A model generated the notes under the pieces. It made no database searches. It had not been told where the DNA came from and saw only the letters and a list, made by a program, of their open reading frames with translations. Shown piece after piece: positions 1-13,640 of a DNA stretch of 64,000 nucleotides. Position numbers and translations under genes: made by a program. Position 1 is the stretch's first letter. The number at the start of each line of letters is the position of its first letter. Source of the stretch: Lama glama (Eukaryota); contig CM052817.1 of assembly GCA_028534125.1 (NCBI GenBank), positions 73,968,001-74,032,000 on the forward strand. Reading direction: 5' to 3'.

Positions 1-193
1 TCATCTGCCACATTTCCTTTTTTTACGGCAAATTTCTTTCTGATCTGGACACCAGAACACTGATTTTCTCTGATCAGAACTCTAATAAATACCCAGTGAT
101 TTCAGCCTGTCTTCTCCACACGGACCATTACCATCAGGGCTGGGGGTTTCCATCGTCCACCTGGATGACCGTCTTAAATTCCTAGTTGAAGTC

Positions 194-681
194 TGTATTA
201 GTTTCCTACTGCAGCTGTAAGAATTACCACAAACTTAGTGGCTTAAAACAACTCATTTATTTTCTTCCAATTCTGAGAGTGAGAACTCTCCTTGGGCTAA
301 ACTCAGTGTGTACGTTCTGGAGGCGCTCTCTCGAGTCTGTTTCCTTGCCTTTTCCAGCTTCTAGAGGCCACTTGTGTTCCTTGGCTCACAGCCCTGTTCT
401 CCATTTTCAAAGCCAGCAGTGTAGCATCTTCTAATCTCTCCTTTTCTCTCTCTAAGTCTCATGTCTGCTCCTATAGTCACATCTTCTCTAATTTCCCTCC
501 CTCTTTTTTTTCCTTACAAGGATTCTTATTATGATACTAGGCCCACCTAGAGTTGTCTCCCATCTCAAGATCCTTCATTTACTCACATAGGCAAAATCCC
601 TTTTGCCAGGTAAGATAACATATTCTCAGGTCCCAGGGACTAGGATATGGACATCTTTGGAGGGTTATTCTGCCTGCCCCA
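194..681 (-). mobile_element. MaLR solo LTR, MLT1D-like
   Basis: Reverse complement begins ...GGCAGAATAACCCTCCAAAGATGTCCATATCCTAGTCCCTGGGACCTGAGAATATGTTATCTTAC and ends ...GGAAACTAATACA, as in MLT1C/D. Confidence 0.85.
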
Positions 682-961
682 GAAGCCACATCTCTAATCT
701 TGACCCACTTCAATATATGCGCCACACTGCTGCCAGAGTGATCTCTCTAAAATGCAGAACTAACCAAATCATTCTTATCACTATAACTTTTTTCTGTGAG
801 TAGTACATTTCATTACTAGTGAATTTTGAAAACAACTTCTCAAAGCAAACCTAACATAGGAAGAATCAAATGAGATCACACCAGTTGGAGAAAATGCATG
901 GAAGCAGGAGCATTTGTAATTTCCAAGTTTACTTTGTTGGGCCCTATGACACATGATTTTA

Positions 962-3216
962 ACTTTTTTTAATTGAGGCATAATTGACATATTTGTGTCA
1001 GGTATACAGCACAATGATTTGAGTTCAGTATTATTAACTACAGTCACCATGCTGTGCATTACATCCCCATGACTTATTTGTTTTATTACTAGAAGTTTGT
1101 ACCTTTTGACTCCCTTCACCCATTCCTAAACCATTCCATCATCCCACCGTACCCTGCCTCTGATGGTTACCAATCTGTTCTCTGTATCTATGAGCTTAGG
1201 TGTTTTGCTTTGTTTTTAAAGATTCCACATGTAAGTGAGCTCATACTGTATTTGTCTTTCTCTGACTTATTTCACTTAAAATGATGCCTTCAAGGTCCAT
1301 CCAAATTGTCACAAATGGCAAGATTCCTTCTTTTTTATGGCTGAAAACATTTTCTTTATCCATTCATCTATTGATGGGCACTTAGGTTGTTTCTATATAT
1401 TGATTATTGTAAATAATGCCATGATGAACATAGGAGTGCATATATCTTTTTGAGTTGTGTTTTTGTTTCCTCTGGGTAAATACCCAAAAGTGAAATGGCT
1501 GGATCATATGGTAGTTCTACTTTTAACTTTCTGAGACAGTTCCATGCTATTTCCCTAGTGGCTGCACCAATTTACATTCCCATGACTGGTGCACAAGAGT
1601 TCCCTTTACTCCACATCCTCACTAACGCTCGTTTTTTCTTGTCTTCTTGATAATAGCCATTCTAACAGGTGTGATGTGATATCTCATTGTGGTTTTGATT
1701 TGTATTTCACTGATGATTAGTTATGTTGAGCATCTTTTCATGTTACCTGTTGGTCATCTGTATGTATTTGGAAAAAATATCTGCTTAGAGCCTATGCCCA
1801 TTTTTTATTGGATTTTCTTTTTATCGAGTTGTATGAGTTCTTTATAATATTTTGAATATTAACCCCTTATCAGATAGATGATTTGCAAATATTTTCTTCC
1901 ACTTGGTAGGTTGCCTTTTCATTTTGTTAATGGTTTCTTTTGCTCTGCAGAAACTTTAGTTTGATGTAGTACTACTTGTTTATTTTTCTTTTTGTTGCCT
2001 TTGCTTTTGATGTCAAATCCAGAAAATCACTGCCATCACTGATGTCAAGAGCTTATTATCTGTGTTTTCTTAGCAGCTTCATGGCTTCAGGTCTTATATC
2101 CATTTTCAATTAATTTTTGTGTATGATGTAAGATAGTGATCTAGTATCATTCTTTTGCATGTAGCTGTCCAATTTTCTAATACTGTTTATTGAAGAGATT
2201 GTCCTTTTCCCATTGTATGTTTTTGGCTCTTTTGTCATAAATTGACCATTTATGTGTGGGTTTTTTCCTGGGCTCTCTATTCCTTTCCATTGATCTGTGT
2301 ATCTGTTTTTATGCCAATATTGATTACTATAGCTTTGAATATAATTTGAAATCAGGGAGTGTGATGCCTCCAGCTTTGTTCTTCTCTCTCAAGGTTGCTT
2401 TGGCCATTCAGGATCTCTTGTGGTTCTATACAAATTCTAGGTCTTTAAATTCTATTTTTGTGAAAAATACTGTTGGAATTTTGATAGAGATTGCACTGAA
2501 TCTGTAGATTTCTTTGGGTAGTGTAGACTTTTTAACAGTGTTCTTCAAATCCATGAGCATAGATTGTCTTTCCATTTATTTATGTCTTCAGTTTTTTTCA
2601 ATGTCTGATATTTTTCAGTATACAGGTCTTTTACTTCCTCGGTTAAATTTATTTCTAGGTATTTTCTCTTAATGCAATTGTAAATGGGATTGTGTTCTTA
2701 ATTTCGCTTTCTGATAACTCATTATTAGTGTATAGAAACACAACAGATTTTTGTATATTGATCTTATATCCCATAACTTTATCAGATTTGTTGATTAGTT
2801 CAAACAGTTTTTTTGGTAAAGTCTTTAGGGTTTTCTCTATATAAAAATAACATGTCACCTACAGATAGTGACAGTTTTACTTCATCCTTTTCAACTTGGA
2901 TGACTTAGTTTCCTTGCCTAATAGCTCTGTCTAGAACTTCAAATACTATGTTGAATAAAAGCGGTGAAAGTGTGCCTCCTTGTCTTTTTCCTGATCACAG
3001 AGGAAAAGCTGAAAGCTTTTCACCATTGAGTATGTTTGCTGTGGGCTTGCCATATATGAACTTTATTATGTTGAAGTACATTGCCTCTATATTCGCTATG
3101 TTGAGAGTTTTTATCATTAATGGATGTTGAATTTTGTCATGCTTCTTCTGATCTATTGAAATGATCATATGACTTCTGTCCTTCATTTTGTTAATGTGGT
3201 GTATCATGTTGATAGA
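962..3216 (-). mobile_element. Older LINE-1 (L1MA-like), 3' segment
   Basis: Poly-T then L1 3'UTR and decayed ORF2 ([32 protein letters not shown]). Confidence 0.92.
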
Positions 3217-4911
3217 TTTTTTAATTGAAATATAGTTACTTTACAGTGTTATGTCAATTTCTGGTGTAGAGCATAATACTTCAGTCATACATATACATAC
3301 ATATATTTGTTTTCATATTTTTCATTATAGGTGCCTATATGATATTGAATATAGTTACCTGTGCTATACAGTATAAACTTGTTTATCTTTTTTATATGTA
3401 GTAGTTAGTATCAGCAAATCTCAAACTCCCAATTTATCCCTTCCGACTCCCTTCCCCTCCTGGTAAACTATAAGTTTGTTTTCTATGTCTGTGAGTCTGT
3501 TTCTGATTTATAGATGAGTTCATTAGTGTCCTCTTTTTTCTTTAGATTACACATATGAGTGATATCATATGGTATTTTTCTTTCTTTTTCTGGCTTACTT
3601 CACTAGAATGATGATCTCCAGGTCCATCCATGTTGCTGCAAATGGCATTTTTTATTATTTATTATAATTTTTAATGGCTGATTACTATTCCGTTGTATAA
3701 ATATACCACAACTTCTTTATCCAGCCATCTCTTGATGGACATTAGGTTGCTTCCATGTCTTGGCTATTGTAAATAGTCCTGCTATGAACATTGGGGTGCA
3801 TGTGTCTTTTCAAATTAGAGTTCCCTCTGGATATATGCTTGGGAGTGGGATTGTTGGATCATATTATTAAGTCTATTTTTAGCCTTTTGAGGAATCTCTA
3901 TGCTCTTTTCCACAATGCTGCACCAAGCTACATTCCTAACAGCAGTGTAGGAGGGTTCCCTTTTCTCCACAGTGTCTCCAGCTTTTATCGTTTGTGGACT
4001 TTTGAATGATGGCCATTCTAACTGGTGTGATTTGCATGTCTCTGATAGTTAGTGATATTGAGCATTTTTTTCGTGTGCCTATTGGCCATTTGTATGTCTT
4101 CATTGGAGAATTGCTTGTTTAGGTCTGCCTATTTTTGGATTGGTTTTTTTTTTCTTAAGTTGTATCAGCTGTTTATATATTCTGGAAATTAAGCCCTTGT
4201 TAGTCTCATCTTTTGCAAATATTTTCTCCCATTCTGTAGGTTGTCTTTTTGTATTGCTTATGGTTTCCTTTACTGTGCAAAAGACTTATAAGTTTAATTA
4301 GGTCCCATTTGTTTATTTTTGCTTTTATTTCTATTGCCTAGGTAGATTGCCCAAGGAAAGCATTGCTAATATTTATGTCAGAGAATGATTTGCCCATGTT
4401 TTCTTCTAAGAGGTTTATAGTGTCTTGTCTCATGTTTAAGTCTTTGAGCCATTTTGAGTTTATTTTTGTGTATGGTGTGAGGGAGTGTTCATTGATTTAT
4501 GTGCAGCTGTCCAGTTTTCCCAGCAGCATTTGCTGAAGAGACTGTCTTTACTCCATTGTATATTCTTGCCTCTTTTGTCAAAGATTAATTGACCAAAAGT
4601 CTGTGGGTTTATTTCTGGGCTCTTTATTCTGTTTCATTGATCCCTATGTCTGTTTTTGTACCAATACCATGCTGTTGTGATTACAGTAATTCTTTAGTAT
4701 TGTCTGAAGTCTGGGAGGGTTATTCCTCCAGCTTCGTTCTTTTTCTTCAATATTGTTTTGGCAATTCTGCGTCTTTTGTGATTCCATATAAATTTTAGGA
4801 TTATTTGTTCTAGTCCTATGGAAAATGTCCTGGGTTAATTTGATAGGGATTGCATTAAATCTGTAGATTGCTTTGGGTAGTATAGCCATTGTAACAATAT
4901 TAATTCTTCCA
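3217..4911 (-). mobile_element. Lineage-specific 5'-truncated LINE-1 nested inside the older L1
   Basis: A new poly-T/3'UTR starts in mid-ORF2 of the host; ORF2 fragment [18 protein letters not shown]; host sequence resumes at about 4912. Confidence 0.9.
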
Positions 4912-5272
4912 TATTGATTTTTCTTATGTTAAACCATCCTTGCATCCCTGGAGTGAACCCCACTTGATTATAGTGTATGATCCTTTTAATGTATTATTGA
5001 ATTTGATTGCTAATATTTTGTTGCAGATTTTTGCATCTGTGTTCACCAGGGATATTGGCCTGTATATTTTTTCTTTTTTTTTTTTTGTGGTGTCCTTGTT
5101 TGGTTTTGGTATCAGGGTGATACTGATGTCATAAAGTGAGTTTGGAAGTGTTTCTTCCTCTTCTGGTTTTTTAGAGGAGTTTGAGAAGGATTGGTATTAA
5201 TTCCTTTTTAAATGTTAGGTGGAATGCATCAGTGAAATCATCTGGTCCCGGACTTTTGTTTTTTGGGAGGTT
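4912..5272 (-). mobile_element. Older LINE-1, continuation after the nested insert
   Basis: attgatttttcttatgttaaaccatccttgcatccctgg continues host ORF2 where it broke off near 3215. Confidence 0.88.
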
Positions 5273-5818
5273 CATCACAACTCCTTAATGGCTGTCTATC
5301 CATTATGTATAAGTAAATTCTGTTATTCTTACTATACATGATATTGTGTGTCTTTTGCAGTCTGCTACTTTTAGTATATTTACCTGCTGGGAGAAAATAC
5401 TAAACCATCAGTCTCTCTAGTATTATTTCTGGATACATTCCTTGCTCTTCTAATTTTTGCTCCAGCAACAACTAGACTACATGTAGGTTTCTGAATGTAT
5501 TTTAGTCTTTCATTTCTTTCCATATGTTGTTCTGTCTCCCTGAATCTTCTCTTTCATATGTATCCTCTCAACTGAAGTGTCAGATAATTGCCTTGTGTAA
5601 GCCAGACTAAGTCCAACTATTGATTTGTTCAGTACCAGCACATATGCAGATAAACATGACAGGAAAAAAAAAACATTTCACTGTGCTGATTTGTCTCTTA
5701 TTTGTGACCACAAACTCTAGTGGGCTCTCAGAACTTCCTGCTAATCCAACTGCATTTCCCTAGCCTGCCCCATCTTCTCTTCCTCCCTCCCTCAACAATA
5801 TTTCCTACCTTCTCCTCC

Positions 5819-6594
5819 TTTTTTTTTTTTAACATTTTTTATTGATTTATAATCATTTTACAATGTTGTGTCAAATTCCAGTGTTCAGCACAATTTTTCA
5901 GTCATTCATGGACATATACACACTCATTGTCACATTTTTTTCTCTGNNNNNNNNNNNNNNNNNNNNNNNNNNNNNNNNNNNNNNNNNNNNNNNNNNNNNN
6001 NNNNNNNNNNNNNNNNNNNNNNNNNNNNNNNNNNNNNNNNNNNNNNNNNNNNNNNNNNNNNNNNNNNNNNNNNNNNNNNNNNNNNNNNNNNNNNNNNNNN
6101 NNNNNNNNNNNNNNNNNNNNNNNNNNNNNNNNNNNNNNNNNNNNNNNNNNNNNNNNNNNNNNNNNNNNNNNNNNNNNNNNNNNNNNNNNNNNNNNNNNNN
6201 NNNNNNNNNNNNNNNNNNNNNNNNNNNNNNNNNNNNNNNNNNNNNNNNNNNNNNNNNNNNNNNNNNNNNNNNNNNNNNNNNNNNNNNNNNNNNNNNNNNN
6301 NNNNNNNNNNNNNNNNNNNNNNNNNNNNNNNNNNNNNNNNNNNNNNNNNNNNNNNNNNNNNNNNNNNNNNNNNNNNNNNNNNNNNNNNNNNNNNNNNNNN
6401 NNNNNNNNNNNNNNNNNNNNNNNNNNNNNNNNNNNNNNNNNNNNNNGGCCTGTATCGCTATAAACTTCCCTCTTAGCACTGTCTTTGCTGTGTCCCATAG
6501 GTTTTGAGTGGTTGTGCTTTCATTATCATTTCTCTCAAGGTATTTTTTAATTTCAGCTTTGATTTCCTCATTGATCCATTGTTTTTTCAATAAT
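5819..6594 (-). mobile_element. Young LINE-1 spanning the assembly gap
   Basis: Poly-T and 3'UTR left of the gap; open ORF2 segment KKQWINEEIKAEIKKYLERNDNESTTTQNLWDTAKTVLRGKFIAIQA right of the gap; imperfect TSD cttctcctcctt / cttctcccttctt. Confidence 0.88.
5947..6446. other. Assembly gap (500 N)
   Basis: Run of N. Confidence 1.
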
Positions 6595-7023
6595 CTTCTC
6601 CCTTCTTAAAAGCTTAATATCCCTTCTTCCATCCTCACAGTAAGTTGGGGATTTTGCTTCCTATTTCACTGAAGCAGTAGGACTAAGGAGAAGAGAATTT
6701 CGTGCTGCTTGTCCAAAACCTACTGGCCTGTCTAATTTTGTAAGTGTCAAAAAATCCACATAAGCATTAGCTTTATGAGTTTTTCAATTATTTTTAAGAG
6801 TATAAAATCTCTAAAGGCTAAAGTCTTTGAGAAACATTGCTCTAGGTTTTATAAATTCATCCTTTTTCATTCCATTTTGAAATTGGCAATTGCTATTCTC
6901 TTTAATGGGACTTCTTACTCATAAGATTGGCTATTAGATTGGATACTGTCTACAAACTGTCCATTTATTTGGTCTTTTTGAAAATGAAACAGATTTTTTT
7001 TTCTGAATTACTGCTAATACTGG

Positions 7024-7478
7024 TGTGAAGGTTAATTTTATGTGTCAACTTGACTGGGCCATAGGGTGGCCAGATATTTGGTTAATGTTATCCTGGGAGT
7101 ATCTGTGAAGGTGTTTCTGGATGAGATTAACATTTGAATTTATAGACTGAGTAGAGCAGATGGCCTCCCTCATGTGGGTGGGCCTCCTCCAATCAGTTGA
7201 AGGCCTGAATAGAATAAAAAGGCAGACCTTCCCTCCAGTAAGAGAGAACCCCTCTGAGCCTTTGAGCAGGAACTTCAGTTGGTCTTTTTCTGCCTTCTGA
7301 CTCAAATGGAAACATTGGCTTTTCTTGGGTCTCAAACTTGCTGGCCTTCAGCCTAGAACTACACCATTGGCTGTTCTGTGTCTCCAGCTTGCCAATTCAT
7401 GTGAGCCAATTTCTGACAATAAGTCTCTCTGTATATGCATATAACCTATTGGTTCTGTTTCTCTAGAAAACCTTAATG
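7024..7478 (+). mobile_element. ERVL solo LTR, MLT2-like
   Basis: Starts tgtgaaggttaattttatgtgtcaacttgactgggcc and ends cctattggttctgtttctctagaaaacc, both hallmark MLT2 termini. Confidence 0.88.
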
Positions 7479-8039
7479 CGACCAATAGAACAAAAATAAC
7501 AAGAGGAAGTTTCAAAGGCTCTTGGATCCTTTTGAGTGTTCATAGTCATTTTCACCAACCTGTAGTTCTCAAACTGATAATCCAGGCTGAATGATTCCAC
7601 CAGGACTTCCTAGGCCTGTCTAAGGATGCTTGTCAGCCCAAATAATATTTAAGAGCAACCTAAGTGGTATCTAGAAAAATAGGTGTGTCAATTTGAAAGG
7701 GCAAAATTAAGTGAAAAAACAACAAAAAGCCCAAACAGGAGCCTACAGCAAAGTCCATGTGTAGAAAGATCTGGAGATGAATGTAATCAAGTGGAAAATA
7801 CAAGTATTTTAAAACTAAAGCTATGAATAGCAACAGTGCTCTGGAATTTCCCTCCTCTGCGGTACCTTGTCCTTCCACTGTGGTGACCAGAGTAGAGCAT
7901 GATTGGACAGCAGAGAAGTATAGTAGACATGAAATGAGGAAACCTGGATTTGAGATAAAATTTTGCCACTGAGTGAGCTTGGATATATAATTTATTTGCT
8001 CTGATAATTTCTGCCCAATAAATCATAACTGTTTTTGTG

Positions 8040-8350
8040 AAGCTAAAATTGAATGGATGATTCAGTATTTTCTTCTCTGGTAATTTCCCTAAGGAAATAA
8101 TCAAAGGTCTGTGCAAAAAGTCAGATGTAAGGATGTTCATTACTCATCGTTGATGGCATCCGAGTAAAAGAAACACACGTGTTCAACAATAGGGAACTGA
8201 TTAAATAAATGGTATATCATTTAGGTAAATAGTATGAGGTCACTAAAAGGAATGTTATAGGAGCATATTGAAATGAAATTTGTTTATTATATGCTAGTAA
8301 GTAAAAAAACAAGTTACATCAGACAACATATAGTATAATCTTGTTTTTGT
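8040..8350 (+). mobile_element. Ancient L1 (L1ME-like) 3' fragment
   Basis: ccctaaggaaataatc...aaggatgttcatt...aacaatagggaactgattaaataaatggtatatc. Confidence 0.6.
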
Positions 8351-8825
8351 TTTGTGTATGTAATTGGGAGAACTGAACATCCTTTTTTCCTTCCTGCAGA
8401 TGAAGAATGATAAGAATGAAAGTTCCTCAGCATTTCAAGCCTCTGTTGTGAAATAATAAATAAGGGTGATAGGGCTCTGTGCTGCTTCTAGTAAGCTGAA
8501 GAAGTAGGAAAGAAACCAAATCTGTTGAGAAGAAAGGCTGTTGGTGATCATGAGGCAGCTAGCAAAGTGTTTTCTTTCTGTGTCTTGGAAAAATTAATAT
8601 CTGTACTCGAGAGGGTGTGTGTATTCATGCTTTTAACAGGTATGTCTAAAAAAAAAAAAAAGAGTGAACGTGGAGCGCAAAGATAAGATTAACCCAAAAG
8701 TGAAGCTTGAGATTTCATGCTGCTGAGTTCCGGAGCTTCTTAATTCCCTCTTCTTCTCATTCCCTCTTTCCTTCTTTCTTGTTAAGTGGCATCATAGCCT
8801 CAGCATAGGAATCACATAGAGAATA

Positions 8826-9058
8826 CAGTTGGCCCTTGAACAGTGTGGGGTGCAGGATGCTGACCCTCTGTGCAGTCGAAAATCCTTGTGTGGTTTATAG
8901 TTGGCTTTCCCCATATACATGGTTTCTCTGTATCCACAGCTCTGCATCTGCAGATTCAACCCACGGGGATCCTGTAGTGCGGTATTTACTGTTGAAAAAA
9001 AAATCCACGTGTAAGTGGACCCGCACAGTTCAAACCTGCGTTATTCAAGGGTCAACTG
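8826..9058. mobile_element. TcMar-Tigger MITE, MER8-like
   Basis: TIRs cagttggcccttgaa / ttcaagggtcaactg, flanked by TA on both sides; 233 bp. Confidence 0.9.
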
Positions 9059-10779
9059 TACAAGGAAGGCAAGGATGCCTCTTCAGATCCAACGTCTCAA
9101 ACCCTGGTGTCAGCTCTTAGGGAACGAATAATAGATTGGGCGGTGAAAGACCTCCATCTGTTATATCTCCCCAAAGTAGGATGTGTTTACTTGGGTAAGT
9201 TTTAAGGGGTTTTGTGGCCTTAGCATGGGTCAGAGAGCAGGAGAGCAGGTTAAGAACGAGGTAGAAGCCCAGGGTGGTGGTCTCCTGGCAAGGGGCTCTC
9301 TTCTTCTGGGACAGTTTTTATCACTGAGCCTGTGACAGAGAAGGCCCTTGGTTAGTGTTTCCTTCTGTCTTTGTTTTCTGCCTCTTTTATTTTTATTTTG
9401 TCTTTCGCATTCATCACCTCTAATTGCCAGTGCCTGTTCGCCATCCCAGAGTGCTTTGTTTTGCCTACCTGTTCACGTATAGGTTTGCTTACATGTGTGC
9501 ATATTCAGTGTTTCATCTTTTAGCAATGTGGTCTCAAGGTGGGTGAGTTAATTTTTTTACAAACTGAACGAGGGGAAGGCAGGAGCGTGAAATCGATTGT
9601 CACTTTTCAAATACATCCTCTTCCCCTTTGACCCCGAAGGACTCCCTCCCTCACAGCTGGAGTGATCGGGAATCTAGTTCTTTTGTTTGGGAGTGAAGAG
9701 GTGCTTATGGAAATATTAAAAGAGGAAATGTGAGGTAGGTAAAGTCTGAGAATTAAGGCTTTTGTAAGAAGGAGGGCAGTGACTAACCCACCTCGTCTTC
9801 AGTGGAAGATGTGTCTTGAATCACTTGTGCAACAGTGATACCGTCGAAAAGGAATATTGTGCACATAACACCGCTTAATCACCAGCTAGCCAAGCACTTC
9901 TTCCCACAAGGCAGCAAATTGTTGCTTCAGGCCCTGCGGGAACAGGTTCTGGAGATGAACTGCTATTTCTTTTGTTCACTTCGTCAAGTGGGTGGATGGT
10001 GAGTAAGATCACTGGTGTTTACTTAGATGTTACACTCCCCTGGCACCACGCCCAGCTTTCCTACTTCATTTATTCAAAGTCATAAGGAAGAAAAGCAGAA
10101 CTGAAGAAAACTGATTACTCAGTGTGGTTTCAGGCACTACAGGGTCTTTACTTTGTGTTCCCCCCTCAACTTGTTCTTTGAAGTTAGGGCAGGGCAGAGG
10201 GTATCTGGAGGGGGCAGGGTGCAATTCTGGTTTAATGGGCCCTTTATGGGACTGGAATTCCTGGCAGAACTTCAGATGGAGTGAAATGACTAAATTTTCC
10301 CAGTCCCAAGGAGTTCTGTGGTGGGAGAATTCTCCAGCACTGAACCAGCCGGACACATCAGAAACAATACAAGGGTGAGATGTAGAGTTGGGAGGAGATG
10401 ATGATTCATTTTCTTACATTTTATTTTATAATTGTTGTTGTTATTTTTTTTTTTTTACCATTCATTTGCCATGCATAGAACAGCAGCTTTAAAGGGGACA
10501 ATAAAAAAAAAGATTTTTCTGACTTTCCCAATGTACTTATTAGACCATATAATGTTGGTTCCTGAGCTCTTTTTGAAGAAACTTAATAAGATGCAGTCTC
10601 TGTGCAGAAATCCTTCTTTCCCTGAAGGGCCCTGGTCTAAGGGAATGCCATCTACCCCTAGCTCCAGGGAGGGTCCTTATCAGTCTAAGCTAAACAGGAT
10701 AGGATGTGTGACCCACTTCTGGGCCACTTGGGCTTCTGAGAAATGTTCTTTGCTAGGGGCTGTGGGGTGCAGGTGGGGG

Positions 10780-11090
10780 AGAAGAGCAGGAGCTCTTCCA
10801 TTGAATGCAACACTAGGAACCATGTCATGCATTTTGGGAGCCTGAGGTCTTTTAACCTGTATTACAAAGTTTATACCCTTGAGAGGGCAAGCTGAAAAAT
10901 GGAAAGGACTTGGGTCCTTTTCTATGTTGTTGAGTCACTGAATTTATCACATTGTTTACACAGGTGGTTTATCAACCCAAGAAGGAATTCATCCATCTCT
11001 TGTTCTGTGAAATAATGTATTTTCCTTGTTAAGATATTTGGAATTCAGTTTTCTGTTCTTTGCTGCCTAAAAACATTCCAAACTGAACAG
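10780..11090 (+). mobile_element. Decayed MaLR LTR 3' part (MLT1J/K-like)
   Basis: ggaaaggacttgggtcc...gttttctgttctttgctgcctaaaacattccaaactgaaca resembles the MLT1 3' terminus. Confidence 0.5.
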
Positions 11091-11112
11091 TTTTCTAACT
11101 GCAAAAGAGAAC

Positions 11113-11902
11113 AATTCATTAATTTATTTGTTCAACTCCAAATATTTATTAAGCACCTACTATGTTCCAAACACTGTTCTAGGAGCTATAAATGTATCAT
11201 GAACAAGGGAGACAAAAATCTCCACCCTTATAAAGATAGATAAAATGAAGAAATAATATGCTGAATAGTAATTGTAATGAGAAAAAAAAATCAGGGAAGG
11301 AGGATAAGGTGTCTGAGGGAGTTAAGTTTGAAGTCTTGGATAAGATGGTCAGTGAAACTTTCTCACTTTAGTGAGAAAGTGACTTAATTTTGAGAATAAA
11401 TAGGTAAGTGAAGGAGATGGCTACTTGGATCTCTGAGGGAGTGTTTCAGGCACAGTAAAAATCAAGTGCAAAGGCCTTGGGGTGGGAGCACTCCTAGCAT
11501 GTTCACAGACAAGTGGTGAGAGAGGAAATGGGGAGCCATAGTAGGTCCATACTCAAAGGCCACTTTCAGGACTTTGGTTCTTACTGTGAGTGATAAGGGA
11601 AACTAGTGGAGGGTTTTGTGCGGAGAACTGACATGCTTTGACTTTTAACAAACTCATTCTAGCTGCTGCATCAGGAGTAAATAGAAGTGAGGTAAGAGCA
11701 GAGGCTGAAAGACCAGTTAGTGGGACACCCCAGTAGTATAGAGAACATGATGGTGATTTGGCCCAAGGGAGGTAGCAGAGGCCATTGTGAGAAGTGGCCA
11801 GATTCTGGTTATAATTTGGAGGTAAAGATGACGGGTTTTCAAATAGGAAGAGGAATTAAAGACACCAAGATTTCTGGCCTGATCAAAGGAAGAACTGAAT
11901 TG
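11113..11902 (-). mobile_element. L2 LINE, 3' segment (interrupted by L1)
   Basis: attcattaatttatttgttcaa...tatttattaagcacctactatgttcc is a typical L2 3' end in reverse. Confidence 0.8.
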
Positions 11903-11913
11903 CCAATTCTTAA

Positions 11914-13243
11914 AAAAAAAATTTTTTTTAATTGAAGTACAATTACAATGTGCCAATTTCTGGTCTACAGCATGATGTCCCAGACATGCATATACATACA
12001 TATATTGGTTTCCATATTTTTTCATTAAAGGTTATTACGAGATATTGAACACAGTTCCCTATGCTATACAGAAGAAACTTTAAAAAATCTATTTATATAT
12101 ATAGTGACTAACATTTTAAAATCTCAAACTCTCAAATTTATCCCTTCCCACCCCCTTTCCCCAGTAACTATAAAATTGTTTACTATGTCTGTGAGTGTGT
12201 TTCTGTTTTGTAGATGAGTTCATAGTGTCCGCCCCCCTCCCCTTTTTTTGATTCCACATATGAGTGATATCATATGGTATTTTTCTTTCTCTCTCTGGCT
12301 TACTTCACTTAGAATGACAGTCTCCAGGGCCATCCATGTTGCTGCAAATGGCATTATTTTATTCTTTTTTGTGGCTGAGTATTATCCCATTGTATAAATA
12401 TACTACAACTTCTTTATCCAGTCATCTGTCGATGGACAGTTAGGCTGTTTCCATGCCTTGGCTATTGTATATAGTGCTGCTATGAACATTGGAGAGCAGG
12501 TTTCTTTTCGAATTAGAGTTCCCTCTGGATATATGCCCAGGAGTGGGATTGCTGGATCACATGATAAGTCTATTTTAGTCTTTTGAGGAATCTCCATACT
12601 GTGTTCCATAATGGTTGCACCAAACTACATTCCCACCAGCAGTGTAGGAGGGTTCCCTTTTCTCCACATCCTCTCCAGCGTTTATTGTTTGTGGACTTTT
12701 GAATGATGGCCATTCTGACTGGTGTGAGGTGATTCCTCATTATAGTTTTGAATTGCATTTCTCTGATAATTAGTGATATTGAGCATTTTTTCCTCTGCCT
12801 ATTGGCCATTTGTATGCTTTCATTGGAGAATTGCTTGTTTAGGTCTTCTGCCCATTTTTGGATTGGGTTGGTTTTGTTGTTACTAAGTTATATGAGCTGT
12901 TTATATATTCTGGAATTTAAGCCCTCATCAGTATCATCATTTGTGAATTTTCTCCCATTCCGTAGGTTTTCTTTTTGTTTTGCTTATGGTTTCCTCTGCT
13001 GTGCAAAAGCTTATAAGTTTAATTCGATCCCATTTGTTTATTTTTACTCTCATTTCTATTGCCTGGGTAGACTGTCCGAGGAGAACATTGCTAAGATTTA
13101 TGTCGGAGAATGTTTTGCCTAAGTTTTCTTCTAGGAGATTTATGGTTTCTTTTGGATATTTAATCCATTTTGAGTTTACTTTTGTGAATGGAGTGAGGGA
13201 GTGTTCTAACTTCATTGATTTACATGCTGTTATCCAGTGTTTA
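11914..13243 (-). mobile_element. 5'-truncated lineage-specific LINE-1 inserted in L2
   Basis: L1 3'UTR plus ORF2 C-terminal remnants; direct repeat ccaattcttaa at 11903-11913 and 13244-13254. Confidence 0.93.
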
Positions 13244-13254
13244 CCAATTCTTAA

Positions 13255-13640
13255 GATATGAAAAGAACTGTAGTGGGAGGGGGTTTTGGCACAGACCATC
13301 AAAAGCTCAGCTTTGGACATTGTATTTTGAGATGCCTAGTAGATCTACAACGTAGATTTCAAGTAGGCCGTTGGAGCCACATGTTTGGAGTTTAGGAGAC
13401 CGTTCAAGGCTCTAGATAGATATTTGAGTCATTGACATAATTTCAAGCCATTGAGATCGGGCACAATTATCTTGGGAGTGAGTGAAAATAGAAAAAAGAG
13501 TTCCAAAATTTAAAAGCCAGGTTGATGAAAAGGGACCAGGTAGAGATTGGGAAGGAGCATCTAGGATGGTAGGAAGGAAATTAGGCAAGTGTGTTATCTG
13601 AAAGATGAGAGAGAAATGTTTCAAGATTGAGACAGTAAAC
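13255..13640 (-). mobile_element. L2 LINE, continuation
   Basis: agctcagctttggacattgtattttgagatgcctagtagatc...tttggagtttaggagac resembles L2. Confidence 0.7.

Noticed and set aside
5842..6590. Long ORFs (178-230 aa) in the ORF track
   Set aside because: They are artefacts of translating through 500 N; the flanks are L1
10066..10845. Overlapping 84-137 aa ORFs downstream of CAMK2D
   Set aside because: No recognisable domain or exon structure, non-ATG starts for some, and partial overlap with a decayed LTR
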